From Octopus sinensis (lineage: Eukaryota), in the NCBI RefSeq assembly GCF_006345805.1, contig NC_043013.1, positions 19,158,001 to 19,222,000 on the forward strand: a stretch of 64,000 nt of DNA. Direction: 5' to 3'. Under the pieces are notes generated by a model. That model worked only from the letters and a program-made list of their open reading frames with translations. It had not been told where the DNA came from and did not search any database. A program made the translations under genes and the position numbers. Below, one piece after another: positions 13,824-27,043 of this stretch (within the stretch, counting starts at the first letter, position 1; the number at the start of each line of letters is the position of its first letter).

Positions 13824-15584
13824 TAATATATATATATATACATACACATAGGTATACAAGTACAGATATATACCCACATATATATATAGGTATATATATA
13901 TATGTGTGTGTGTGTTTGCATTTGTCCCTTCACCATTTCTTGGCAACTAATCAGCCGGTGTTGGGTTGTTTACGTTTCCGTACCTCACCTGTTCGGCAAA
14001 ACGGCCGGCACAGAATAAGTATCAGGCTTAACAAAAAAAGAACAAAAAAAAAAGTCTGTTGAGGTTGGTTTGTTCGGCTAAAGCCCTCAGTGTGGTGCCC
14101 CAGCACGCCTGCTGTCGAACGACTGAAATTATGTGGAATTTTTTAGGTATTTAATTATGTCATTTGATTGTTCCCGTATACGTGTACGGGCGCGCCTTTT
14201 CTTTGATATGACAGGTGCGCTAATAAATTCAAATATTTTTCGTTGAAATCGTGAAATAATTTTCGGAAGACAAAATCCACAAGGTGATTTCTGAATGCGC
14301 TTTAGTGTGTGTGTGTGGTGTGTGTGTGTGTGTGTGCAACCGCGCGCGCGTATATGTGTGTGTGGGTGGTATGTGTGTGCGCGCACAAGCTAATTCATGG
14401 AAACGTAAACAGGGCCTAAAATTCTGTGGGAGGGGACTAGTTCGACCCCAGTGTTTCATTGGGACTTAATTTATCGACCCCGAGAGGATGAAAAGCAAAA
14501 TCGACCTCGGAGGAAATTGAACTCAGAACATGAAGACGGGACGATATGCCACTAAGCATTTCACTCCGCGTGTTTAGAAGTCTGTTAGCTCGCCGCCTTA
14601 ATAATAATGATTTTAAGCTTTTGCCACAAGGGCATCTTGTGGGAGGGGATTAAATCGAGGAATGTTGCAACACCTTCGTATATTTCAATGTGTGTAGGTG
14701 TATTAAAATATCGGTGTCTTGGGCACTGATGGGTTGTTTACGAGTGAGAGTGTTTGTGTGTGTGTGTGAGTGCGTGCGTGTGTGTGTGTGTGTGTTGTGT
14801 GTGTGTGTGTGTGTGGTGTGTGTGTGTGTGTGTCTGTAAGTGTATTTATATGTGTGTCTCTGGGTTTACATATGCGTATGTAAGTGTGTAGATGCAGCTT
14901 AGTAGTGATCCACATAAGTTTGAGTAGACCTGGAGATACACAAAGACATTTCGAACAAGTTTATACAAGCAAGAATACAAATACACAAAAAAGCGATTCG
15001 TGTAAAATTCTTAATCGTCAATTAAACAGCATTGGAGTTTATTTATATATTTATTTATTTAGTTTAACGATAATAGTGCTAACCATAGCATACCAATTCT
15101 TAAATTTATGCATGTGTCCATGCTTGTATGTATGTATGTATGTATTTCTTTACTACCCACAAAGGGCTAAACATAGAGGGGACAAACAAGGACAGACGAA
15201 GGGATTGAGTCGATTATATCGACCCCAGTGCGAAACTGGTACTTTATTTATCGACCCCGAAAGGATGAAATGCAAAGTTAACCTCGGCGGAATTTGAACT
15301 CAGAACGTAACGACAGGCGAAATACCGCTAAGCACTTCGCCCGGCGCGCTAACGTGTCTGCCAGCTCGCCGCCTTCTTGTATGTATGTATGTATGTATGT
15401 ATGTATGTATGTATGTATGTATGTATGTATGTTATGTATGTATGTATGTATGATGGATGGATGTGGATGATGATGTATGGATGGATGGATGGATGGATGG
15501 ATGATGAGGATGGAACATTCAGATATGTATTTATGTGTATATACATACATTTTTCACACACACACACACAACATATACATGGAA

Positions 15585-15620
<36 letters not shown>

Positions 15621-15964
15621 TATAATATATATATAGAAAGTATATTAGAAGTATTGGGGTGGGAGTTGTACAGATTTAATATATATGATAGAAAAAGACG
15701 TTCAGAATGCTGGATCGTTGTATATAAAGAATATATATATTTATTTGCATATCACATATTATTTCTTCAAATCACATATTTTTTTAAGCGCTTTCAACTA
15801 CTACTATAGTCTCATATATATATATATATGCAATTGGTGGTATGGGATTAAACTTTATATACATCCGTATGTTTATTGAATACTGAACTCGTAGTATCAT
15901 TTTTCACAGAAATTGTCTACTCTCTCTCTTTCTCTCTCTTCTCTCTCTCTCTCTCTCTCTTTCC

Positions 15965-15999
<35 letters not shown>

Positions 16000-17199
16000 G
16001 TCTCTCTTTTCTCTCTGTTTCTCTCTTTACTTCACGCTCTACTTTCTCTCTTTTGTTCCCTTTCCTTGTCACTGACCTTTACCCGCTTTCACAGCTTGTT
16101 TGATTCTTTTCTTTTATTTCATATTCTTTCTCTCTCTCTCTCTCTACACACACACACATGAACAACTAAGCACGCATGAACACTTCATATCATGTGTAAT
16201 TTTATGATTCCACACTTCAAACAGCCACCTCTATATGCACGTAAAAGAAACTCAAACACCGGAGATGACTTGTGTCACGTAGAAACGGTCGAAGTTACTC
16301 GAAGGGATCGCAAACTCTGCTTCTGACGCCATCAGAATTTCAGAAACGCTTCCGTATCATCAGCATCTATTCATGTTCTATATACACGAGAAGTTACTAT
16401 AGGAATTAGGTGTTAGGAATTAGGGATCGACTTTTACAGTGGTTAGGGCACGAAGGTGTTGCAACATTGCCCGATTTAATCCCCTCCCACAAGTTACCCT
16501 TGTGGCAAAAGCTTGAAATCATTATTTATTAAGGCGGCGAGCTAGCAGACTTCTTAACACGTCGAGTGAAATGCTTAGTGGCATATCGCGGTTTCGATTC
16601 CCAGACCGGGCGTTGTGAGTGTTTATTGAGCGAAAACACCTAAAGCTCCACGAGGCTCCGGCAGGGGATGGTGGTGATCTCTGCTGTACTCTTTCACCAC
16701 AACTTTCTCTCACTCTTACTTCCTGTTTCTGTTGTACCTGTATTTCAAAGGGCCGGCCTTGTCACTCTCTGTGTCACGCTGAATATCCCCGAGAACTACG
16801 TTAAGGGTACACGTGTCCGTGGAGTGCTCAGCCACTTACACGTTAATTTCACGACCAGTCTGTTCCGTTGATCGGATCAACCGGAACCCTCGTCGTCGTA
16901 ACCGACGGAGTGCTTCTTCAATATACACGAGAAGTTACTATAGGAATTAGGGATCGACTTTTACTGATGTCAAACAGCCAGGCCCATTACGTGCGGTTTA
17001 TGAGGCGATAATACGTGTTCTGTATATATAACATAGTATCACGAAGATAGTATGACTTGAAGATAATAAATGAATATACGTATGTACGGAAGTTTGTGTG
17101 TGTGTATGTGTGTGTGTGTATGTGTGTTTGTGTGTATGTGTGTGTGTGTGTGTGTATGTGTGTGTGTGCGTGTGTGTGCGTGTGTGTGTGTGTGTGGTT

Positions 17200-17235
<36 letters not shown>

Positions 17236-17370
17236 TGTGTGTGTGGGTGTGTATGTGTGTGTGCGTGTGCGTGTGTGTGTGTGTGTGTGTTTGTGTATGG
17301 AACGCAGGCATGGAATTACAGACTTGTAAAGTGTTGTGCGCGTGCGTGTACGTACACACACATACACACG

Positions 17371-17410
<40 letters not shown>

Positions 17411-19423
17411 ATGGTGCTGCAAGAGTTCCTGGCTTTGGGTAAAAGAAAATACAGGAAGATCAGTTGATTATGATTTTTATCTAACAACCTCCCGCCCCTC
17501 TCAGAACCACACACTTATTGCGGTGGTCCTTCACTTTTTCTAACCCCTATAAAAGAACTCGGAAGTCTGGGCCTCCAGCCAGGCCCCTCGCGGCCGCACC
17601 ACCTGCTATACAAACCTACACGTTTACATGTGTTTGTGTCTGTTCGGGTGTATGACAATCATACCAGCGTGTCTCCACTTTGTCTAGACTATCAAATTTT
17701 ATTCTTTCCCATTCATAATCTAAACCCTCAACAACTCCTGCTGTGATAACCATGCCTCTCCTTGCCTTTCCTACGAAAGGCTTGGTTCACTATGTAAGGA
17801 AATTAGCATACCTATTTCTTTACTACCCACGAGGAGCTAAATACAGAGAGGACAATCAAGGACAGACAAACGGATTAAGTCGATAATATCGATCCCTGTG
17901 CGTAACTGTTACTTAATTTATCGACCCGAAGGATGAAAGGCAAAGTCGACCTCGGCGGAATCTGAACTCAGAACGTAACGGCAGACGAAATACCTATTTC
18001 TTTACTACTCACAAGGGGCTAAACAGAGAGGAGACAAACAAGGACAGACAAACGGATTACTCGATTATATCGACCCCAGTGCGTAACTGTTACTTAATTT
18101 ATTGACCCCGAAAGGAGGAAAGGCAAAGTCGACCTCGGCGGAATTTGAACTCAGAACGTAACAGCAGATGAAATACGGCTACGCATTTCGCACGGCGTGC
18201 TAACGATTCTGCCAGTTCGGCATACCGTCAACCCGGAATCTAAAGCCCATGTCAGAATATGTTCAACTTTCGCTGGTGTAAGGGAGATAATTATTTCAAA
18301 CGAACTAAAACTATATTGCTTGTCTATAACCCGGTGGTTAGAGGTGTCTGCCTCATGACCGTAACGACAAGGGTTCGATTCCTGACCAGAATACTCTGTC
18401 CTTCGGCGAGGCACTTACTTTTACACTGGTCCCGTTAATTCAACTGAAACTATGTACCAGCTATATATTGATGTCGCTGTTTCCTTCTAGCTGGTGCATC
18501 ACAGGGTACAGGATCAAAGGGTGGGAAAGACGAGATTGTGGGGTGTGCCAATGTGCGTGTATATGCACGTGTATGTGTGAATATGTATGAGCGTATAACT
18601 TATGTATGTATGTGTGTATGTAGGGATGCATATATGTAGGCGGCGAGCTGGTAGAAACGTTAGCATGCCGGGCGAAATTCGTAGCCGTATTTCGTCTGTC
18701 GTTACGTTCCGAGTTCAAATTCCGCCGAGGTCGACTTTGCCTTTCATCCTTCGGGGTCGATAAATTAGTACCAGTTACCACTGGGGTCGATGTAGTCGAC
18801 TTAATCCCTTTGTCTGTCCTTGTTTGTCCCCTCTGTGTTTAGCCCCTTGTGGGTAGTAAAGAAATATATATGTATATGTGTGTATGCGTATGTATAGTAT
18901 ATATGTATATATGTATATATATATAATTTGAGGGAATATTATTCCTAACTTACAGGGAAAAATTCAGATCAAATTTCACAAAATATAATATATATATATA
19001 TACATAAATTAGAAAAAAATCACCTTTTATCAATTCAAAATGAACAATAACTTACACCATCTAGAAAATTACATATTTATTATTTTGCACTTAATCATCG
19101 ATATATTATTGTTATTTTATATTTAATATTTCTATTATATGTAATTTTCTAGATGGTGTAATTTATTGTTCATTTTGAACTGATAAAAGGTGTTTTTTTC
19201 TAATTCATATATATATATATATATAACAGGAAGCTTTACGAAAATAAACAAAAGACGAAGGCAGGTGGAGTACAAACAGACAATTGTATTAGTATGGCGC
19301 TCAGGAATAGAAATAAAACAAGTCTTTTACGTTTCGAGCCTACGCTCTTCAACAGAAAGATACACAGAAAAGAAACAGGGAGAGAAAAAAATGCATTCAG
19401 GAGCTAACGAATCAACATGGCGG

Positions 19424-19505
<82 letters not shown>

Positions 19506-20605
19506 ATATGTATGTATGTATGTTATGTATGTATGTATGTATTATGATGTATGTATGTATGTATGTGTATATATATATGTATGTATGTATGTTTGTATGT
19601 ATGTGTATATATATATGTATGTATGTTTGTATGCATGTGTATATATATATATATATGTATGTATGCATGTATGTATGTATGTATAGCCACACACTCGCAT
19701 ATCTATATAGTGTGATTACAATAATTCTTATAGCTGTAGTAGCGGTATGCTAATGAAGTTGATCACGTCATTCCTGTTCCCTTATAACACAGTAATTAAT
19801 ATAACGCTTTGCTCTCGGCAAAATGCGTTATACTAAAGCAGGAGTACTCAAACATTTTTTTATTGGACCCCTTTGATTACTGTTTTATTTTTGTGGACCA
19901 CCGTAAAAAAATAGGTTTCTAGAAACTACTTATGAAATTGATATTTTGTTTTACACACATTAACTTGCGTCAGTTGAACATTAGGCTAAACATAGAGGGG
20001 ACAAACAAGGACAGCCAAAGGGATTAAGTCGATTATATCGACCCCAGTGCGTAACTGGTACTTAATTTATCGACCTCGAAAGGATGAAAGGCAAAGTCGA
20101 CCTCGGCGGAATTTGAACCCAGAACGTAGCGGCAGACGAAATACCTATTTCTTTACTACCCACAAGGGGCTAAACACAGAGGGGACAAACAAGGACAGAC
20201 GAACGGATTAAGTCGGTTACATGGACCCAAGTGCGTAGATTTTGCTTAGTTTATCGACCCCGAAATGATGAAAGGCAAAGTCGACCTCGGCGGAATTTGA
20301 AATCAGAACATAGCAGCAGACGAAATACGGCTACGCATTTCGCCTGGCGCACTAACGTTTCTGCCAGTTCGTCACCTAGTTGTCTCTTGCAATAATACCA
20401 ATACAGACATTTAAAGCAAATTTTTTTCAAGGGCCCTTAAAATGCTATTATATTTACTGTTTTGTTGCGTGGACCCCCAATAATCTTATTTGGACCTCTG
20501 CTAAGAATCATTGTTCGAAAGCATATGTATAGTCAGTTCTAACAACAGGATCACATGTCTAAAGAAAATAAAAAAAGACATACACACACGCCCTCACCCC
20601 CCGCA

Positions 20606-20665
<60 letters not shown>

Positions 20666-21724
20666 CACACACACACACACACAGAGCCTTGCAGGTATCT
20701 TTTATGTTTTATGTTTCATCTTCTACCTGTTTCATTCATTAGACTGCGGTCATGATGGAGCAACAACTGGAATAATTTTTAGTCGAATGAATCCATCTCA
20801 GTACTTGTGTTTTTCTTAAGCCTGGTACTCATTTTATCAACCTCTTTTGCCGAACCACTAACGCTACACGGATGTAAACACACCAACACCGGTTGTCAAG
20901 CGGCAGTGGAGGGATAAACACCGACATAAAGACACACGCGCACACACACACACACATTCACACACATACGCATGCACATGCGACGGGATTCTTTCAGTTT
21001 CCGTCTACCAAATCCACCCACAAGGCTTTCGTCAGGCCGACCCTATAGAAAAACACACTTGCCCAAAGTGTCATGGAGTGTAACTGAAACCGGAACCATG
21101 CGGTTGGGGGAAGCAACCTTCTTACCACACAGCTAAGCCTGCGCCTAATGTATATATAACCGTTTAGTATGTTTGGTATACTGTGTGGCTGTGTGCACAA
21201 TAGGTTTCGTGTTTGTATATATGAATGTGCTTGCTATATATAAGTCATATGTGTTAAAACAGATGGTACAATGATTAATTCTAAATATACACCCTCTGCT
21301 CTGTGTATACAAAAGTCCTTAAAACTTGTTCAATTTTTGTTGCATGATTCAAGTCAATTAATTTTTATTAATTTAAATGTGGGAATTGCCTCCTTTGCTT
21401 TTACTGAAAATAATTAAGTTTTAGCCGAATCGCAATTTGCCTTAATAACGAGTTTGACTTTATCATTTTTTTTTAGCTCGCAATGTTTAGTGCATTAATG
21501 TCAAATGTACTTTGGTGTAAAGCTATATAAACCAACAGACAAAGACTTACAGAGACACGTGGTTTCATCCTTCGCTAATCGGAAACCTTTTTGGCAGTAA
21601 CACACAGGACGGTTGCTCTCAACTAAACAGATCTGGGAACAATTGGCAGCGTTGCAGAGTTCGTTTTCTGGAAAAAACAGCAGTCATAATAACTTAGAAC
21701 ATATAACAACAACAACAACAACAA

Positions 21725-21766
<42 letters not shown>

Positions 21767-21962
21767 CAATCTCCCAATTCTATTTTCTATATATATAGTT
21801 GTTATCTATATATATAATATATGTAGTATATATAGTATATATATAATATATATATAAGTATAGTATATATATATATATACTATATTATATATATATATAT
21901 GTAAAGTATGTATAGATATATATTATATATAGATATATATATATATTATATATATAAGTATG

Positions 21963-22001
<39 letters not shown>

Positions 22002-22044
22002 GTATATATAGATATATATATATCTATATATATATATATATAAG

Positions 22045-22103
<59 letters not shown>

Positions 22104-22123
22104 AGTATGTATATATATATATA

Positions 22124-22196
<73 letters not shown>

Positions 22197-22321
22197 AGAT
22201 AGATAGATATGACAAATATATACAGTAACAAAGTGAGATAGTGAGAGAGGGAGCGAGTCAGAGAGAAAAGGAGAGAGAGAGAGTGAGTTAGAGAGAAGGA
22301 GAGAGAAGAGGAAAGAGACAT

Positions 22322-22358
<37 letters not shown>

Positions 22359-23519
22359 TGTGTGTGTGAGTGTGTGTGTAGAACTGACATTTCTAGTGAG
22401 CCCATCTAATGGTCTGTTCATTAATTTTGACAATAGGCAGGTTTCCATTGCTCCCCGCCTAAAGAAAAAAAAATATTAGTCGATTAGTCTACCTACCTGT
22501 CATTTTAGTACAGGTTCTTCGATCGTCATTCAATCGATAACCATCGTAACATTCACAGTTGTAAGTTCCTTCCACATCTCGACATTTCTGTGAGCAGAAA
22601 TGTACCCCAGTTTTGCATTCATTAATATCTGCATATATAAACATAACTTTAAAAGTCTGTCCAGTGATTTATTTACAGAAAAGAAAAAAAGAAAAAAAAA
22701 CCCTTATATTATAAGAAATTTAAATAATAAATTTAAAACGTAATAAAAGCCATAATATATATCTGGTTAAGAATCGAACTCACATCTGTTGATTCATGGG
22801 TCACTATATTCGGTTACGAGTTTCATTAAGTATCGAAGTAGTTATTTAGACGTAAGCAGATACATAAATTATATATTTATATATACTAAATAATTAGTTC
22901 AAAACTTTTAAACTGTCATATACATTATATATTTATACTTATACATATTTATATTTGTTTATCTATATATTTTAAATACAACAATTATTTTCGCACGTGT
23001 ATTTCTTTCTGAGGAGTTTTGATATTGATTTCCTAATATTAATAATAATATATTATTAAAAGATATATATGTATATAATCGCTCGTATCAAATACATAAA
23101 TACTTTAATAGTATTAATACTTTGATACAATAGAGCACTCGATATAAATTCAGTATATAATATTCTCATTGAATATATTTAACTAAAGATTTATATGCAA
23201 TTTATTTATATACAATTCACACACATTGTAGTAACAAGAATTTTTAGATGAAAGTTCACAAACACCTTAATGCATTGCTACATACGTTTCGACAAAGCTC
23301 AGGTTTTAGTAGCTGCCTTTCCCATCCATAGGATATTACAAGTATGATTTGCAAAATCTATGGATGCTATTTATCTATGTGAATATTTATCCATGTGTTC
23401 GGTTCTTCAGACAAAAATTGCATAAAAACTTATTATATGCGCATTCAAAAACTTTTCACTCAAACGAACTTAAAGGATGCACATTCGAACGCGCACACAC
23501 ACACACACAGGCTCACACG

Positions 23520-23552
<33 letters not shown>

Positions 23553-26195
23553 CACACACGCACACACACGCACACACACACACACACAAACACCACGTAC
23601 AAGCACACACATGTAGGTATGTATGTATATGTGTGACGCTCTCGGATAGACTAGGTGTCGATGATCATCAACTGTGTATTGAAAAATATATTATGAAGTA
23701 ATTTTATCCAAGGTTCTCTGGCTAACTCCCAAAAGTCCCTGGTTTGCGCGTGCTGCTGGTGTGGGCTTTCATGATTCAAAATACGCTGAACTGGAATGGT
23801 ACCGCCATATATCTGGTCTGTCTGAGACGCGTACAAAACGACGAAACCATTCCACTTACACTTGTTCAGAGCCCCAGAATAGCTGAATTTTTTAGGAGAG
23901 CTGTTGTCGCGTCTAGGACGGATCTGTTATCACGCTGGGTCCGTTGTGGGAATCGTAACTACCAGATTTCGTTCGTTTGGAAAGGCAGGAATTTTTACTT
24001 TGTGAGGTGTCTATGGCGAAAGAGATTGTATGATGATCAAGATAATCATTTAATCCTCTCAGGCCTCATTAATGTGTTGCTTTCTAGTGAATCTGATTAA
24101 AAGTGAGCAGGTCTTGTAAGAATTTGCTGCAACACAGCTGAGATAGGGTACTTGTTCTTGGTAGTAAGGGTCTATCCGGTTCCATGATTGTCCCCACCAC
24201 CAGGTGCTGAATCTTTTATTGGGCTCTCATATTTTATTCTATTGTATAAAAATAATGTTTTACTCTTGTTTTACGTCTGTTTTTGGTTTTACCCAGTCAA
24301 TTTTTCGCTCCCTGCCCTTATTTTTCTAATTTGTTCTTTAAATATCTCGCAATTTATTACCTTTGCGGCGAATATAAGAAATAGCTCTTATTTTTATTAC
24401 TGAGAGACAAACTCCATTATCGGTATCGTTATAGTTATACCCCTTTGAATTCTGCATCCGAAACTCCCAAATATATTAACAAATATATTAGCCCGATGTT
24501 AAACTTCATAAAGTAGACCCATGATCAAAGACTACCAACTGCGGCCATGCAATTTTTTATAACTTGTTTTATTATTAAATCCGACACAATTTTGTAACAT
24601 GTAGCCTTCTTTAGAGTTTATGGTATGGTGTAATTTCAGGGAGATTTGGCTGCTAATTTTACCAAGTCAAATGACATAATCAGTCTCCACTTATTAGAAA
24701 GGAAAGTGGCTTTAAAGGGAAGTAACTCCCAAAAAGAATATTTGGAACTATTTAGTTATGTCCCTTGAAATTCTCAGCGCACTGCTTACTCTGGGCCACG
24801 TTGCCCATCACCGCACATGAGTCCACAGTACTCTTTCTGCTGCACAGGTACCACTTTGCATTGTATCTCTTAATGTGAAGGAAAGCCTGTTTTGTTAAAC
24901 TATAATCGAAGATTTTCAACCGTGAATCCTTCTCTGGTTTTCTAAGATTAAATTATTTGATATGTCCTTCCATTATTTAAGACACTATAAAATGATGAAG
25001 TGAGAATTAGCTGTACGTGCGATCGCGTTAGAGCGTCGAACAAATTGTCATGTGGTATCTATTTACTGTCTAATATCTCTTCAGTTCAAAACTTATTGGG
25101 GTCGATAAAACAGATGTCAGTTAAATATCAGGCGCTGATATAATAAGCTGTTCACTCCAACATATTCCTAGCTTTCTGTCTCTATTAGAAATCAGTTTTG
25201 CATAAATTTTTATGTCAGGTGTGGGACAAGAATAATCCTTTCCCGATGTTTTCAGCAAGTATTTTGAAATATATACGCAGAATTCCAAGTATAATCTTTT
25301 GGAAAATAGCTGCGAGCTGGCTGGATCGTTAGTACGCCGGGCAAAATGCTTAGAGTCCAAATTCCGCCGAGGATGACTTTGCCCTTCATTCTTTCAGGAT
25401 CGAAAAATAGGTACCAGTTGGATACTGCTATCGATGTAATCAACTTACCCCTCCCACGTAATTGCTGGCCTCGTATCAAAATTTGAAACCATTGTTGTTG
25501 TTGTACTGTAGTTGTTCAATATTCATCTTATTCTACTATTTCACTGCGTAGTTCTACTGCCATTCACTATTTCACCAACGTAGTCCACATTTTGATTTAC
25601 CTTTTACTTTCAATATTTTCCATAATATATATATTTTTTCACCCTCTGATTCCTATATTTGAATTAAGACATCCCATTCCTTTTTCTGTGGAACATTACC
25701 AGCAACTGTATCTAGTGGCATTCTGCCTACATTAGAAGTCAATACTGAATGTGGAAAATATAGAGCCCTCAGGTAACCAATGGAAGTACTAGAGAGGCTT
25801 AATTCAACATAACCCAATGTATACACACACACACACACACACACACACCACACACACACACGCATACATATGTACTAATATAGTGAAATACTTACTGGTA
25901 CACTTCCATCCATCACCTTCATAGCCTGGTCGACACTGACAGCTATATGTACCCGGTGCATTGATACAAGTGTGAGAACAGTTGTTGGTATTACTAACAC
26001 ACTCATTGATATCTGAAATACAAAGATGTATATATATATATATATGACCGATTAATCTAAAGCTTCAAAGACAAGCAGGAATACATGGAATATAATAAAG
26101 TGTGTTTGCCTCGCGGATAATTCTCTTCTTAATTATACAAAAATTATGTATTTAAGTGTCAACAGTGTAGAGAATGTAAAAAACATTACGTACAA

Positions 26196-26279
<84 letters not shown>

Positions 26280-26999
26280 CAGATCTATCTGTGACAGATA
26301 GAGAGAGAGAGTGAGAGAGAGAGAGAGAAAGAGAGAGAGAGGGGTGAGTGAGCCTCAACTCTAATACCGGCTTGTTACGTTGTTTCCCTTAGCTTATTAA
26401 AAACTGTGGAGTGCAGAAAAAAAAAACAAAAAAAAAACGAAACATCTCTCCATGGACGTGAAGCCAGTTCACCGCGAGGTTTACTCCCAGCTGCAGGTGA
26501 TCCTCATTTCAGAGATGTAAAATGGGAAAACGGGAAATGAAGTACGTTACTTAAATTGAACCAGACACTTCTCAGAAACACACAGCGAGACAGACAGACA
26601 CACACACACACAAAGAAGAATGATGCCAGGACAAGATGTGTTCAGCTGGACCAATGCTTACCAATGCAGTGTCCCTCGCTGTCGTCAATGTAGCCATTCT
26701 GACAGATACAGTGGTAACTTCCTTGTGTATTGATGCATTTCATGTTCTCGAAATCGTAGCAAGTGTGATTGCCAGCACATTCATTGATGTCTTGGTCACA
26801 ATGGATACCAGTCCAGCCTTTCTTGCAGACACAGCCACGGACTGGGTCGCAGAGTTCTTCATTACCATTGCAACCACATTTGTTTTTGCATTCTTCACCC
26901 CAATGGAAAATGTCGCATTCTGCAAACGAAGAATGTAAATAAATACAAATATGCGTGTATGCCTCTGTGCATTCTGTGTGTGTATACGTATCTGTATGT

Positions 27000-27043
<44 letters not shown>

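Noticed and set aside
17410-17800. TATAAAAG-containing GC-richer segment suggestive of a solo LTR or promoter
   Set aside because: No TG...CA termini, TSD or second copy found in the window.
23700-24200. GC-richer unique stretch; the minus-strand peptide (…IYGGT…QRILNH…AREPWIKLL) vaguely recalls a GIY-YIG nuclease
   Set aside because: Similarity by eye is too weak and the hallmark residues are missing. A blastx/HMM hit to Penelope GIY-YIG would be needed.
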